In this document: positions 33,701-43,000 of the stretch, one piece after another
Layout of the letters: each line of letters starts with the position of its first letter
Position numbering within the stretch: the first letter of the stretch is position 1
Source of the DNA: Candidatus Woesearchaeota archaeon
GTDB lineage: Archaea > Nanobdellota > Nanobdellia > SCGC-AAA011-G17 > JAGVZF01
Reading direction: 5' to 3'
DNA: 51,290 nt
Assembly (NCBI GenBank): GCA_018302805.1
Contig: JAGVZD010000001.1
Location: forward strand, 1-51,290
Position numbers and translations under genes: made by a program
The notes under the pieces: generated by a model
The model's input: the letters and a program-made list of their open reading frames with translations, nothing else
What the model was told of the DNA's origin: nothing
Database searches by the model: none

Positions 33701-35775
33701 ATTTTCCAGGAAATCCTGACAGTCAATGGTTTGTTAAAGAAGCATATAATGGAGTTAATAGTGAGGAGACTAAAGTAACTACATTTATAGACTATGATAA
33801 CTATGGGAATATTTTGCATACTACAGACAGTTTAGGCTATGATTCATATTTCTATTATGGAAATAATAATCAATGTGGTTCAGGCAGTCAGTGGGCTAAT
33901 ACTTATTTGACATGTAAACTTAATGAGTTAAATCAGGCAAATATGATGGGTTATGATTCAAGAGGGAATATTATTCAGGAAACTAAAGAGAATAATGTAG
34001 TATTTAATTACAATTTTGACAATTTAAATAGGTTGCAAACAGAGTCAAGAAATGGTATCTTGCTCAAGGAATATGATTACTTTGTTGCGGGTAGTAGTCT
34101 AAGCCAGAACAATCTAAATTATGTTGAAACTAAGCAACATCTTGATCTTAATACTGAAAAGATTTCATATGAAAAAATGGATGGTCAAGGTAAAGAAGTT
34201 ATGAAAACTATAGTTAGTGGGGCCAATCAAATTAGGCAAGAGTTATTGTATAATCCAGATGTTCTTAAAGTTAGTGAACAGACAGAGTATTATGAAACTC
34301 CGGATACTTATGATACTACTGAAAGACATCAATATAAAGATGATCCACTATTGAGAAATTGGAAAGTATTTCCCAAGGGTGCAAGCGATTCTGTTTATAG
34401 AGAATTTACATATGGTAATGTTGATAATGAGTTTAACTTTATTAATTTGAGAGATGAAAATGGAAGAATTACTCAATATAAATATGATAAATTAGGCAAT
34501 TTAGTAGAAGTAATTGATCCTTATAATGAGCACACATACTATAGATATGATGTGCTTGGGAATATTGAAAGAATAATAAATTCGTTGAATGAAGAGACTA
34601 TTATAGACTATAATAGTCTAGGGAGACTAATTACCAAGACAAATCCTGAATCAGGTAATTTAGTATATACATATTATGATAGTGGAAATGTGGATACAAT
34701 TACGGATTCATTAGGTATTGTGATTGATTATGATTATGATAGATTAAATAGAAATACATTAATTAATTATCCAAGTAGTCCTGATGTAATATATGTTTAT
34801 GATGAACAAAGCCATAGCTATCCTGGCACTACTTCAGCTATTGGAAAATTGACTACAATTAATGATGGTACTGGGTCTATGAGACTTTATTATGATAGCT
34901 TGGGAAGAGTAGATTATGAAATTAAAATAATTGATGGGGAAGATTATACAATTGACTATGCTTATGATCAACTTGATAATTTAAAGACAATAATTGATCC
35001 AAATGGAGTTAGAACAGATTACTATTATAATAATTTGGGTGAAATAGATTATGTTGAAGTAAATGGAGAGGTTGTTAACTTTGCATTTAATCCATCTGGT
35101 ACTGTTAAAGAAATTGATTATCCAAATGGAGTTAATTCTAAATATTCATATAGTAATAGGGATTGGGTAACTTCTATTAATGCTGAAAAAGGAGATAATC
35201 CCATATTTAAAGAAACTTACTATTATGATAGTGGAAATGTGCACACTATTGGTAATTTAATACAAATTTTTGAAGGTGTTAATGAAGCAAATCCTGGCGA
35301 TTGGGCTAATTTAAATAACCTGATGTTGTTGACCTATGATAGATTGAGAAGAGTCACTAACATCAACATGGATCCTCAAGGACCCCCTGGATGTAATATG
35401 GGGCCAAATTGTGAAGATAAAAATTTTGTTTATGATCCTATTGGAAATAGATTAAATGTAAATGGAATAATTATGGAATATACTGATCCTACAAGCAGAA
35501 ACAGGATATCTTTTGATGGTACTTATGATTATACTTATGACGCTAATGGGAATATGATAACCAAGACACACAGACAGTTGGGTACAGTAACTACATTTAT
35601 CTGGGATGAGGAAAATAGACTAAAACAAATTGATTTTGCTAATGGTAATAGTGAAACTTATAAGTATGATGGAAAAGGAAATAGAGTTCAAAAAATAGAA
35701 CCTTGGGGAAAAACAAATTATATATATTCTTACAGTGGACAACTAGTATATCAAGAATTTATATTAGATGAGTAA
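30760..35775 (+). CDS. 1671 aa SpvB-N/TcB-like + YD-repeat (RHS shell) protein that ends where the RHS core should begin
   Basis: Signal peptide. HTGDLNFEIPLVTVPGRGGLDYDIKMIYESG...GLGWKLNNPSIMR matches the SpvB/TcaC N-terminal domain. The C-terminal third is packed with YD repeats (YDKLGNLVEVIDP, YRYDVLGNIERI, YNSLGRLITKT, YYDSLGRVDYE, YDANGNMITK). There is no xxHxDxLGS core and no C-terminal toxin. Confidence 0.85.
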   Translation: MNLKLILLLLILFSMNVHASENPEITSFKIPELNNYVNLHTGDLNFEIPLVTVPGRGGLDYDIKMIYESGIKLDQQASEVGLGWKLNNPSIMRTPINVPDDYCGGCVNAQANYWFKHPMNHQSPSYINNVLNSINVPGLFMQIITGDVVSLAMSNAIPTILSPTEEQQIRLPCEDGCNLNVNGFRWHTKNDNGLAKYVYDLNTPDLYTLSGDVLSGQIIFSNHDATEVGPRMHLKKLKGHASDELINMNNCPAPGEALENCEDTVRIEFSTDVTDKTFDQFTITDNDGTQYVFEPTKKYTTVFLDDYVKRSRKRLSPGPFCDYYTSPEKWSTVKLLQSFAYEFGITEILGPDYVDDSVPGISSGDSGNWIKFSYRHWNGLYEKGTPHDGGCMEGPDGSQTMTRENNDLNYVDKIETPTHFAKFNYEYDRTDAKNDMIPPPSGTGYVPRLSSIELFSKSQPTVVIQRIVLTQDYTLAEGSPDAEEGKLTLKRIQRFGLNGLESDPYMQFVYSFNDLWEKYDFDRWGYYFREGNQLDHNQEGAENYVWNNAWALTGIRWQNGGVTWIDYETDRYNRVAKSYPDANANIERDDAHFGGGIRVNKIQNCDGLGECSYTKYLYQITDFDGADISEESGVGLPGVPGETSGVAVLEPGNFEEWNDLVYPGYAGNSPYVGYRKVTVIPGYQTSGDPAPYGWTTYEFTSAIDYPNGGKYIPATRKEVSGWKYGFNSEDAGLANCVQMIAGPTNHEMRIYSIPQGNLVKTFTLNKNCNLWDSSLMCNTFQSDFARGNYKIVDATVNVQQAIFSTALVEPAEAHRCLPDKNNNDEWDYLDLPVADRVSGINDNDHYRGLIKKIISYNSLGQLIKQTDNEYSFDEQTNFGGFSKSIWAKLETVTEQLDGVTKVIEYQYDNLNGLPSRVVENGNDGNKRISTNNYAFRIHSSMLKDEHMWSQLGELRVYDTDDSVPENLVKQERYVYGRGTIDFPGNPDSQWFVKEAYNGVNSEETKVTTFIDYDNYGNILHTTDSLGYDSYFYYGNNNQCGSGSQWANTYLTCKLNELNQANMMGYDSRGNIIQETKENNVVFNYNFDNLNRLQTESRNGILLKEYDYFVAGSSLSQNNLNYVETKQHLDLNTEKISYEKMDGQGKEVMKTIVSGANQIRQELLYNPDVLKVSEQTEYYETPDTYDTTERHQYKDDPLLRNWKVFPKGASDSVYREFTYGNVDNEFNFINLRDENGRITQYKYDKLGNLVEVIDPYNEHTYYRYDVLGNIERIINSLNEETIIDYNSLGRLITKTNPESGNLVYTYYDSGNVDTITDSLGIVIDYDYDRLNRNTLINYPSSPDVIYVYDEQSHSYPGTTSAIGKLTTINDGTGSMRLYYDSLGRVDYEIKIIDGEDYTIDYAYDQLDNLKTIIDPNGVRTDYYYNNLGEIDYVEVNGEVVNFAFNPSGTVKEIDYPNGVNSKYSYSNRDWVTSINAEKGDNPIFKETYYYDSGNVHTIGNLIQIFEGVNEANPGDWANLNNLMLLTYDRLRRVTNINMDPQGPPGCNMGPNCEDKNFVYDPIGNRLNVNGIIMEYTDPTSRNRISFDGTYDYTYDANGNMITKTHRQLGTVTTFIWDEENRLKQIDFANGNSETYKYDGKGNRVQKIEPWGKTNYIYSYSGQLVYQEFILDE

Positions 35776-35970
35776 TTATTTTATTATTATTTTGAGTAAA
35801 AAGTTTTAATAATTAATATATCTTTTAAACTCGAATAATTTGCTTGTTTTTTCAATAATGAATCTTTCTAGAAAATCTGCTTATCAAACAAAAATAATAA
35901 TTTACCCTTCCCTTTTTTTAAATTCCTTAATATTTATGTAAGTACTTAAAAGTAGTTAAAAATCAAAAGA

Positions 35971-35978
35971 TTTATATA
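35971..35978 (+). promoter_or_regulatory. TATA box for the 36001 gene
   Basis: TTTATATA lies 23-30 nt upstream of ATG 36001, implying a leaderless or very short-leader transcript. This supports ATG 36001 over the TTG at 35980. Confidence 0.4.
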
Positions 35979-36000
35979 GTTGTTACCCTGCATTTTCTTC

Positions 36001-36606
36001 ATGAAACGTTCCAAAATACTTGATAAATTTATTTCAGAAAAAACACGATTAGATATTAAAGCAAGGTCTCCAGAAAGAAGATCATTTAGTTTAGATGCTG
36101 TTTTATTAGATTATGATCGAGATGGTTACTTGTTTAGAGGTAAGCAGTATGGGCGACGAGCAGAGAGTTCATATTATATTCCAAGAATTGAACTAATTTA
36201 TTTTGCTTATGACATTGAAAAATGGTCTCCGGAGAATACTTCTTCCAATGAGGTATCCCAAGGATATGAAAGAGTTGAAGAACAGATATATATTTTCAAA
36301 GATGCATCTTATAGTCCAATTAGTAAAGAATTACAACGGTCTGGACAAGCAATGTTATTTGAAGGGAAAAAGGAAAATTATGCATTAAATCTTTTATTTA
36401 ATCAAAAATACAGAAGGAAATTTATACCACTAGAGAAATTTATAATGGATCAATCTGATAATGAGCCAAATAAGACTCAAAGGCAAGCAGTTAGAGCAAT
36501 GATGAGTAGACTTAGAAATAAATTGAAAAAATTTAACCTTGTCATTGAGAATTTTCAAGGTGGTTACAGATTAAAGGATTTAGATCAAGTACAGATTTCT
36601 AAATAA
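36001..36606 (+). CDS. putative OmpR/CadC-type winged-helix DNA-binding protein
   Basis: The C-terminus RAMMSRLRNKLKKFNLVIENFQGGYRLKD resembles the recognition helix and wing of Trans_reg_C (xxxISRLRKKLxxxxIxTVRGxGYRL). No receiver domain. Confidence 0.4.
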   Translation: MKRSKILDKFISEKTRLDIKARSPERRSFSLDAVLLDYDRDGYLFRGKQYGRRAESSYYIPRIELIYFAYDIEKWSPENTSSNEVSQGYERVEEQIYIFKDASYSPISKELQRSGQAMLFEGKKENYALNLLFNQKYRRKFIPLEKFIMDQSDNEPNKTQRQAVRAMMSRLRNKLKKFNLVIENFQGGYRLKDLDQVQISK

Positions 36607-36700
36607 TTTCTAGGCGCCTTCTTTCAAGCTATTAAAGAAGTGAATTTGTGGGGTAGATAATTTTTACATTTACTTGAACTACAAACTTATCAATAAAAAC

Positions 36701-37015
36701 CTATCCGGGGATTATTGTGCAAGGATCTTGTTTATCATACTTTAGGTTACTGAGATTTTCATACATCTCTTTAGGGCAGCAAGTAGCAGGCATTTGAATT
36801 CTCTGTACATCATCTAACAAATGCCACACACAACCTTTAGATGTACATAAGTTTTCATTAGAAAAGTCACATGACTTATCCTTGGGAGGCACATAACTGT
36901 AAAAACTGCATCCTACAATGAAAATGACAATTAAAATAAAGATGAGAATGAAGAATTTACTTGTCATAGAAGTACAAATTTCTTGAACTTTAAGTATTTT
37001 TCTAAGTCTAGACAC
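36701..37015 (-). CDS. small membrane-anchored Cys-rich protein
   Basis: One TM helix, then 7 Cys in about 60 aa. Confidence 0.45.
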   Translation of the reverse strand: MSRLRKILKVQEICTSMTSKFFILIFILIVIFIVGCSFYSYVPPKDKSCDFSNENLCTSKGCVWHLLDDVQRIQMPATCCPKEMYENLSNLKYDKQDPCTIIPG

Positions 37016-37026
37016 TTTTAGTTAAA

Positions 37027-37034
37027 TTTATAAA
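37027..37034 (+). promoter_or_regulatory. TATA box of the 5S rRNA gene
   Basis: TTTATAAA ends 23 nt before the predicted 5S 5' end. Confidence 0.5.
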
Positions 37035-37057
37035 GTTTTTATTTATTCAAAATCTTA

Positions 37058-37172
37058 GGACGGCCATAGGGGCTTGGTGATACCCGGTCTCATCTCGAAC
37101 CCGGAAGTCAAGAAAGCCTCCGTTTCTGGTTGTACTGTATTCTTACGGGAAGCCAGGAAAGCTGTCCGCCCT
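37058..37172 (+). rRNA. rrf: 5S ribosomal RNA (stand-alone)
   Basis: GGACGGCCATAGGGGCTTGGTGATACCCGGTCTCATCTCGAACCCGGAAGTCAAG...GGGAAGCCAGGAAAGCTGTCCGCC. Conserved 5S loop A/B/C sequences are present, and helix I closes as GGACGGC/GCTGTCC. The ends are approximate, within a few nt. Confidence 0.9.
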
Positions 37173-37186
37173 TTATATTTAAGGGT

Positions 37187-37210
37187 AAAAAGTGCTCTTT
37201 TCTTTTGATT
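37187..37210 (+). terminator. conserved 3' element, copy 2
   Basis: aaaaagtgctcttttcttttgatt lies about 15 nt after the 5S 3' end. It closely matches 25297-25322. Confidence 0.4.
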
Positions 37211-37300
37211 GTAATACTTAAAGCCTTAAACTTACTTCTAATATTATTATTTCATGAAAGGACATAAATGTTTATATATTTAGGTTATATAATCGAAAAT

Positions 37301-37744
37301 ATGAGAAAAAAAGAGTTAGTAATAATTTTAATTATATCTTTAGTTTTAATTATTGGATGCAAAAATGACCCAAGTGGAAATGCTGTAGTTGACATAGATG
37401 ATTCTGATGATAATGAACCTGAATCTCAAATAATCCCAGAAAATATAACCAATATAACTTACTATATTAATGCTACTATTGATTTATCAAAAGAAGCTAG
37501 GCAAAGGATATTCATTGCTGAAGAAGAAATTGACAATACTAGATTTTTATTAAAGAGTATAATTGAAAAAAAATTGATTGGTAATCAAAGAAAACAGAAA
37601 GCTGAAAGATTAATAAATTCTGCAGAATTATTTCTTATTAAATCAAAGGAAAGTTATAATAAAACTTTGTATCAGAATGCTGTAGATCTTGCGATAGATT
37701 CCAAGATTAAAATAACTGAAGCGCAGTCAGTAATAAACAAATGA
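37301..37744 (+). CDS. putative lipoprotein
   Basis: MRKKELVIILIISLVLIIGC has a lipobox-like sequence. TTTATATA at 37271-37278 is 23-30 nt upstream of ATG 37301, which favours this start over 37268. Confidence 0.55.
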   Translation: MRKKELVIILIISLVLIIGCKNDPSGNAVVDIDDSDDNEPESQIIPENITNITYYINATIDLSKEARQRIFIAEEEIDNTRFLLKSIIEKKLIGNQRKQKAERLINSAELFLIKSKESYNKTLYQNAVDLAIDSKIKITEAQSVINK

Positions 37745-38070
37745 AAATACATCGCAAAAAAGAAGTTATAAGAGAAGCCAAACACAGGATTGAAAATTTG
37801 TTTGAACAGGCAGATTTAATTTTCAAAGACAATAAAAAATTAGCAAATAGATATGTTTCTCTGGCAAGAAAGATAGGAATGAAGTTAAATCTTAGGCTTC
37901 CTTCGAGATTACAAAAAAGGTTTTGTAAACATTGTTATTCATTTTTAGTACCAGGAATTAATTGTAGGATTAGAACTCGAGAAAATAAAGTTGTTTATTA
38001 TTGTCTGGAATGCAAAAAATATATGAGATTTCCCTTCATAAAAGAGAAAAAACTAAAAAGGAATCTTTAA
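37741..38070 (+). CDS. rnp4: RNase P protein component 4 (Rpp21/Rpr2)
   Basis: N-terminal helical part ending ANRYVSLARKIGMK, then the zinc ribbon CKHCYSFLVPGINCRIRTRENKVVYYCLECKKYMRFP. Confidence 0.85.
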   Translation: MKIHRKKEVIREAKHRIENLFEQADLIFKDNKKLANRYVSLARKIGMKLNLRLPSRLQKRFCKHCYSFLVPGINCRIRTRENKVVYYCLECKKYMRFPFIKEKKLKRNL

Positions 38071-38223
38071 AATATTTGAAATTTATTGAGTAAATTAAAT
38101 ATTGAAATTCTTGATTAATAAAACTCTGAATGTTATATGCAAAAATAAGATTAAATAATATAGTTTTTCATTTAATTCAGCACTAATTTATATATTATAT
38201 ATAGAAAATATATAGAAAGTTGA

Positions 38224-38685
38224 TTAAAATCTAAACCATTTTATTAAGTTAGAATAATTACTAGATCTACTTTTTCTATTATATTTTGTAAGTTCCTGGT
38301 GCATTTTAGGCCATTCATTTTTAATGAAGTTCTTTTCTAATGATAATTGATTTGCAAAACCTCTTTGCTTAAGTTCTTTTGTTACTATACCACCTTTATG
38401 CGGATGGCTATATAACTTTGGCAGTGGAGAATGAAAGCCATGACTATAGTGAATTAATTCATGAGCAATAGTTAAATCAATAATATATTCTGGAACAAGA
38501 GAACTTTGAAACAAGGAATTTACAGCTATTTCTGTGTCCTTATTTTTTAATGTTTTAATATGGCCAAACTTGTTTTTCCACTTGCCTTTGAACTTGATGA
38601 TGACATTATTTTTTCTTTGTGTGTCTTGAAATAATAATTCCCAAATTTGTTCGAGTCTTCGTCCAAGCCATAAATTATTTCTCAT
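38224..38685 (-). CDS. SprT/DUF45-like zinc metallopeptidase
   Basis: HExxH motif in the context IIDLTIAHELIHYSHG. Small size typical of this family. Confidence 0.5.
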   Translation of the reverse strand: MRNNLWLGRRLEQIWELLFQDTQRKNNVIIKFKGKWKNKFGHIKTLKNKDTEIAVNSLFQSSLVPEYIIDLTIAHELIHYSHGFHSPLPKLYSHPHKGGIVTKELKQRGFANQLSLEKNFIKNEWPKMHQELTKYNRKSRSSNYSNLIKWFRF

Positions 38686-38719
38686 AAAATTCAGATAAAG
38701 AGTTTATTTAAAAAGTTTA

Positions 38720-39064
38720 TTATAGCATTTTCAATTTTGATGTGACTTTATCAATTTCTTCTTCAAGATCTGGGCCTAGGGCTAGGCATGTTGTTGTTGG
38801 TTCTTTAAAATAAGTTAAACCTGAATCTGTAATTAATGCTGTAACTAATTTATTTTTTTGTGCTTGTTTCTTTAAATCTACTAATTCTCTTAGATTTGAA
38901 ACTTTTAAGATAATTTTTGGCATTCCTTGATCTCTCCATTTTTCTACCATTGATTTATCTGACTTTAGAACAGATTCCACTGAGGCATGCGCTACTTGAC
39001 TTGAAAGCTTCCCCTTGGCCATCTTAAGGTCAGAGCGAACTATAATTACTTGCTTGTAATCCAT
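38720..39064 (-). CDS. pth2: peptidyl-tRNA hydrolase, archaeal/eukaryal type (Pth2)
   Basis: MDYKQVIIVRSDLKMAKGKLSSQVAHASV...DSGLTYFKEPTTTCLALGP matches the Pth2 signature along its full length. Confidence 0.9.
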   Translation of the reverse strand: MDYKQVIIVRSDLKMAKGKLSSQVAHASVESVLKSDKSMVEKWRDQGMPKIILKVSNLRELVDLKKQAQKNKLVTALITDSGLTYFKEPTTTCLALGPDLEEEIDKVTSKLKML

Positions 39065-39965
39065 CTATACAGCGTTTACTTAAGTGATTTATAAACCTAT
39101 CGTGCTTTCTTTTTAGAAGAAGTTTCCCTGCATTTTCATACATCCAAATACAAAGCTTTCTTGCATCGTCTCCGTAATACAAACAAATGTATAGGTTATA
39201 ATATTGCTTTCTTCTTTTATTAATTCTTAATCCAAGTTTCTTATTTAATTCTTTTTCCAAACCACTTATGAAACTAATATTTCCTACAAAAGCTATTTTT
39301 ATTGTGTTAGGATAATTAAACATTATACTACCATCGCCATCGAAGAATCCACGAATGAAACTCGCTAAATATTCTTTAGGTATTTTTGGAAAGGGATAGT
39401 CATTAAATGATTTTCTAGGTTTGCAGCCAAGGTTAATCAGATCTCTATGTAGCATTTTAGATTCTACCCTTAGCATAACACTATCTTTGTAGAAACTAAT
39501 TGGGCCACCGTAATCTAGCAGGTTCTTGATTTCTTCTAAAATATAAGAATCTTTTTTATGTAAATGAATTGAACAACTATGTTTATTTGTTGACACTGTA
39601 CCATCACTAAAAAACCAACCTAAAACATATGCCATTTCATGAGACCAAATCTTAAAGAAACCTTCATTTAGTTTATATTTTCTACAAGTAACATCTCTTT
39701 TTAAGCGAAGTCTAGATGCTTTATGGTTAATGGACTTAACTGTCCTCTTTGGAAATAATTTATATACTATTAAATTGACAGAGTAATGCTTCTTCAATAG
39801 TTCTATCTCCCACTTTTTCCAACAGACATGAGGTTTGGTTAGCCCAAATTTTCTCTTTCTTCTTATTATTGTTGATGGATCAACATTAAGCTCTTTGGCT
39901 AATTCTTTATAACTTTTTGTTTGTAATTCATGCCTCAAATATTCTTCATTATGATATAACTTCAT
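39030..39965 (-). CDS. free-standing double-motif LAGLIDADG homing-endonuclease-like protein with an N-terminal HTH
   Basis: Two LAGLIDADG motifs, YVLGWFFSDGTVS and FIRGFFDGDGSIM, about 100 aa apart. N-terminal LAKELNVDPSTIIRRKRKFGL HTH. It is not embedded in any host gene. Confidence 0.75.
   Translation of the reverse strand: MKLYHNEEYLRHELQTKSYKELAKELNVDPSTIIRRKRKFGLTKPHVCWKKWEIELLKKHYSVNLIVYKLFPKRTVKSINHKASRLRLKRDVTCRKYKLNEGFFKIWSHEMAYVLGWFFSDGTVSTNKHSCSIHLHKKDSYILEEIKNLLDYGGPISFYKDSVMLRVESKMLHRDLINLGCKPRKSFNDYPFPKIPKEYLASFIRGFFDGDGSIMFNYPNTIKIAFVGNISFISGLEKELNKKLGLRINKRRKQYYNLYICLYYGDDARKLCIWMYENAGKLLLKRKHDRFINHLSKRCIDGLQASNYSSL
39088..39095 (-). promoter_or_regulatory. TATA box of pth2, located inside the 3' end of the LAGLIDADG ORF
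   Basis: The coding strand AGGTTTATAAATCACT is identical over 16 nt to the promoter at 11963-11976. It lies 24-31 nt upstream of ATG 39064. Confidence 0.45.
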
Positions 39966-40070
39966 CTACTGACTTTTGTATGTCTGATTTATATATCTTA
40001 TTTGCGCTCTTGTCCAGTGTGTCCAGTGATTTCAATTATTATCATCTCTCTTATAACAGAATTTCTAATT

Positions 40071-43000
40071 TTACTTTATCAACCCTTCTTGTGGTATATT
40101 CTTTAAAAATAAAGGACTTCCTATACCACCACCTCTAGGTATTTCAATAACATTAAATGAATCACACCATACTATTCCACTTCCTACTGGATTAGGTCCA
40201 GGAGTATTATAACAAAGAACTCTTAAGAATCTAGCATCTTGCCTGTTATTCTCTACATCAAATTCTATATAAGTCCAATCATTATCATTATATAATCTCC
40301 TAATATCAATAGGATTAATATTTAATTTACAATTACTATAATCCCATATTGGTTGATGATTTATATTTTCACATTCACTTATTATAGTTCCATAACAATT
40401 ATTATCATTACAATCTGTTTTTATATATCCACTTACTCTATATCTTTTATTATAGTCTACTGGAATATCCTGATAAGAATAACCTCTGTCATTAGTTACT
40501 TGAATTTTTAAAGACTTACTCCCTTGGTATTTAATAACATTATCTAATAATCCACTACCAGAAGTTACATATCCATCAGGTTTATTATTATTAGAAATAT
40601 TATCTTCTTGATTCCAGTTAGGATAATAATCTATTCCAGAATCTATTTCATAAGATGGGTTTCTTTGTTTATTTACGCTAGGATAATAACCTGTATTCTT
40701 ACCATCTTTACCGAATTCAGGCCAACCTGTAAATTGATTTGCTCTACCATTTAATTCCCACGCATATATATAAGGTCCATAATTTAGAGCAACGATTTCT
40801 AAATTTCCATCATTATTTATATCTTCAATGATTGGAGCTGAATAAAAGATTTCACTGGTGGAAATAGGCCAACCATTCACATCAGATGCATCTTCATTCA
40901 AAGCATATAATTTATAATTAGTCGCAGTAAAAACTATCTCTAAATTGTTATCATTGTCCACATCAGCTATTACTGGAGATCCAATAAAGCCGTTTATTGT
41001 TTTTGGCCAACCCGTTAAAATAGAACCATCACTATTTATTACATAAATCTTATTTGAGAGTTGGTTAATATAAGTAACTACAATAATTTCAGGTAGATCA
41101 TCATTATTAAGATCTGCAACTGCAAGTGTACTAATTGGAGGTTCACTTATTGTTTTTGGCCAACCAGACTTGATTAAACCATTATATCCATAAATAAACA
41201 ATTTATTATTCGATATTACTTCGAAATCTCTTGATCCAACAATTATTTCCAATAGTTTATCACCATCTATGTCTGCAACAACTGGAGACATCAAAGCGCC
41301 GACATTATTCTGGATTGGCCAACCTGGTAACAAACTACCATTTGCCCTAAATACATAAAGCCATCCATCTTCAAGACTAGCAACAATATCTAATGAACCA
41401 TCATTATCTATATCTGCAATTGGAGTTTGGGGGTATAGTCTATTAGATAAACTGACAATTGGCCATCCGTTAACATATGTTCTATCTTCGTTGAAGACAT
41501 ACAGGTTATTGCCACTACCCACTACAATTTCTAATAATCCATCATTATCTATATCTCCAAGAGAGGGTGTATTTACGCCACTTGTCGTTAGTGTTATTGG
41601 CCAGCCATTATGAATTGAGCCATCTTCATCATAAACAATGAGATTGCTTCCAATATTCGTTGATCGTGTTCCAACAACAATTTCAGGAGTTGCATCATTA
41701 TTTATATCACCAACTGCAGGAGAAGTCCAAAATCCAGGAAAACCTCCTGCAATTGGCCAACCTGGATATGTAGATCCATCATAGTTATATACATAAACCC
41801 AAGTCCATTGTCCTAATGCAATTATTTCCATATTTCTATCACCATTAAAATCTGTTATTGTAGGAGAAGCTTCTAAATACTCACCAATTTGGGTTAGGAT
41901 AGGCCAACCAGTCAATTGAATATGTAAATTTCTTTCGAAACTAAATGTATCAAAAGCTTCCTGACCATAAATATCAGTAACTACTAACTTAACTTGATAA
42001 TTTCCTGGAGATAATGTTAATAAATCAATTGAGTATAGCAGACCATCATTTTGAGTAGTTTGATGAGATAATAAGGTCCAGGATTGAGGATAAATTTCTG
42101 TGCCAAGATATATTTTATAATCTGAAAATCTGCTACTTCGTGCAGTTCCAAATATGTTTAAAATATTGCTGGTAACCCTGGTTTGAGTTCCATCTATAAT
42201 AGCAATCGGATAGCTTCCTGTTTGCAAAGTTCTCTGAGTTAATCTCAGTGCATTGAATGCATTAATTCTTCCAGTGCCAAAATATACTGTTGGTTCAACA
42301 AATGGATCAACAGATGACTGGATAATTGATATAACCTCCTTAGGTGACAATGCAGGATTATAGGATAAAATTAAAGCTCCAACTCCTGCAACAATAGGTG
42401 TAGCTATTGATGTTGCTCCATGTTTAGAATATTTAGTTGTAGCATCATTATTAGTTGTATAAACATAATTAGCTGGCGCACCAATATCTGTTTTAGGTCC
42501 AAAATTACTGCTTTCTTTAAGTTTATCTTGCTGTGTACTAGCAGTTACACATAAAACATTTTCATTATTACAAAGATGATTAACTTCCCAAACCCCATCC
42601 CTGTTACCTGCAGCTGTAACTAATAAGATATTTCTGGATATCGCGTAATTTAATATGTCAGCCCATATCCCTGAAGATTCACCATACAGGCTCATACTAA
42701 TAACTTTAGCACCATTATCAATATCATATTCAATTTCATTTACATCATCAAATCCTGCTGTAGCAATAATTTTGCAATTCCAGCAAACTCCAGCAACACC
42801 TATATTGTTGTTTGGTTTTGCAGCTATTACCCCAGTCGTAAATGTACCATGTTCCCAATTTGGTGAACATGGATATGGCGGACCACAAGGAATAAATGGA
42901 TCATTGTCATTATTTTTAAAATCCCATCCGATAAAATCATCTGTAAACCCATTATTATCATCATCAATGTTGTTTATATCTCCTGAGTCAAAGACATATC

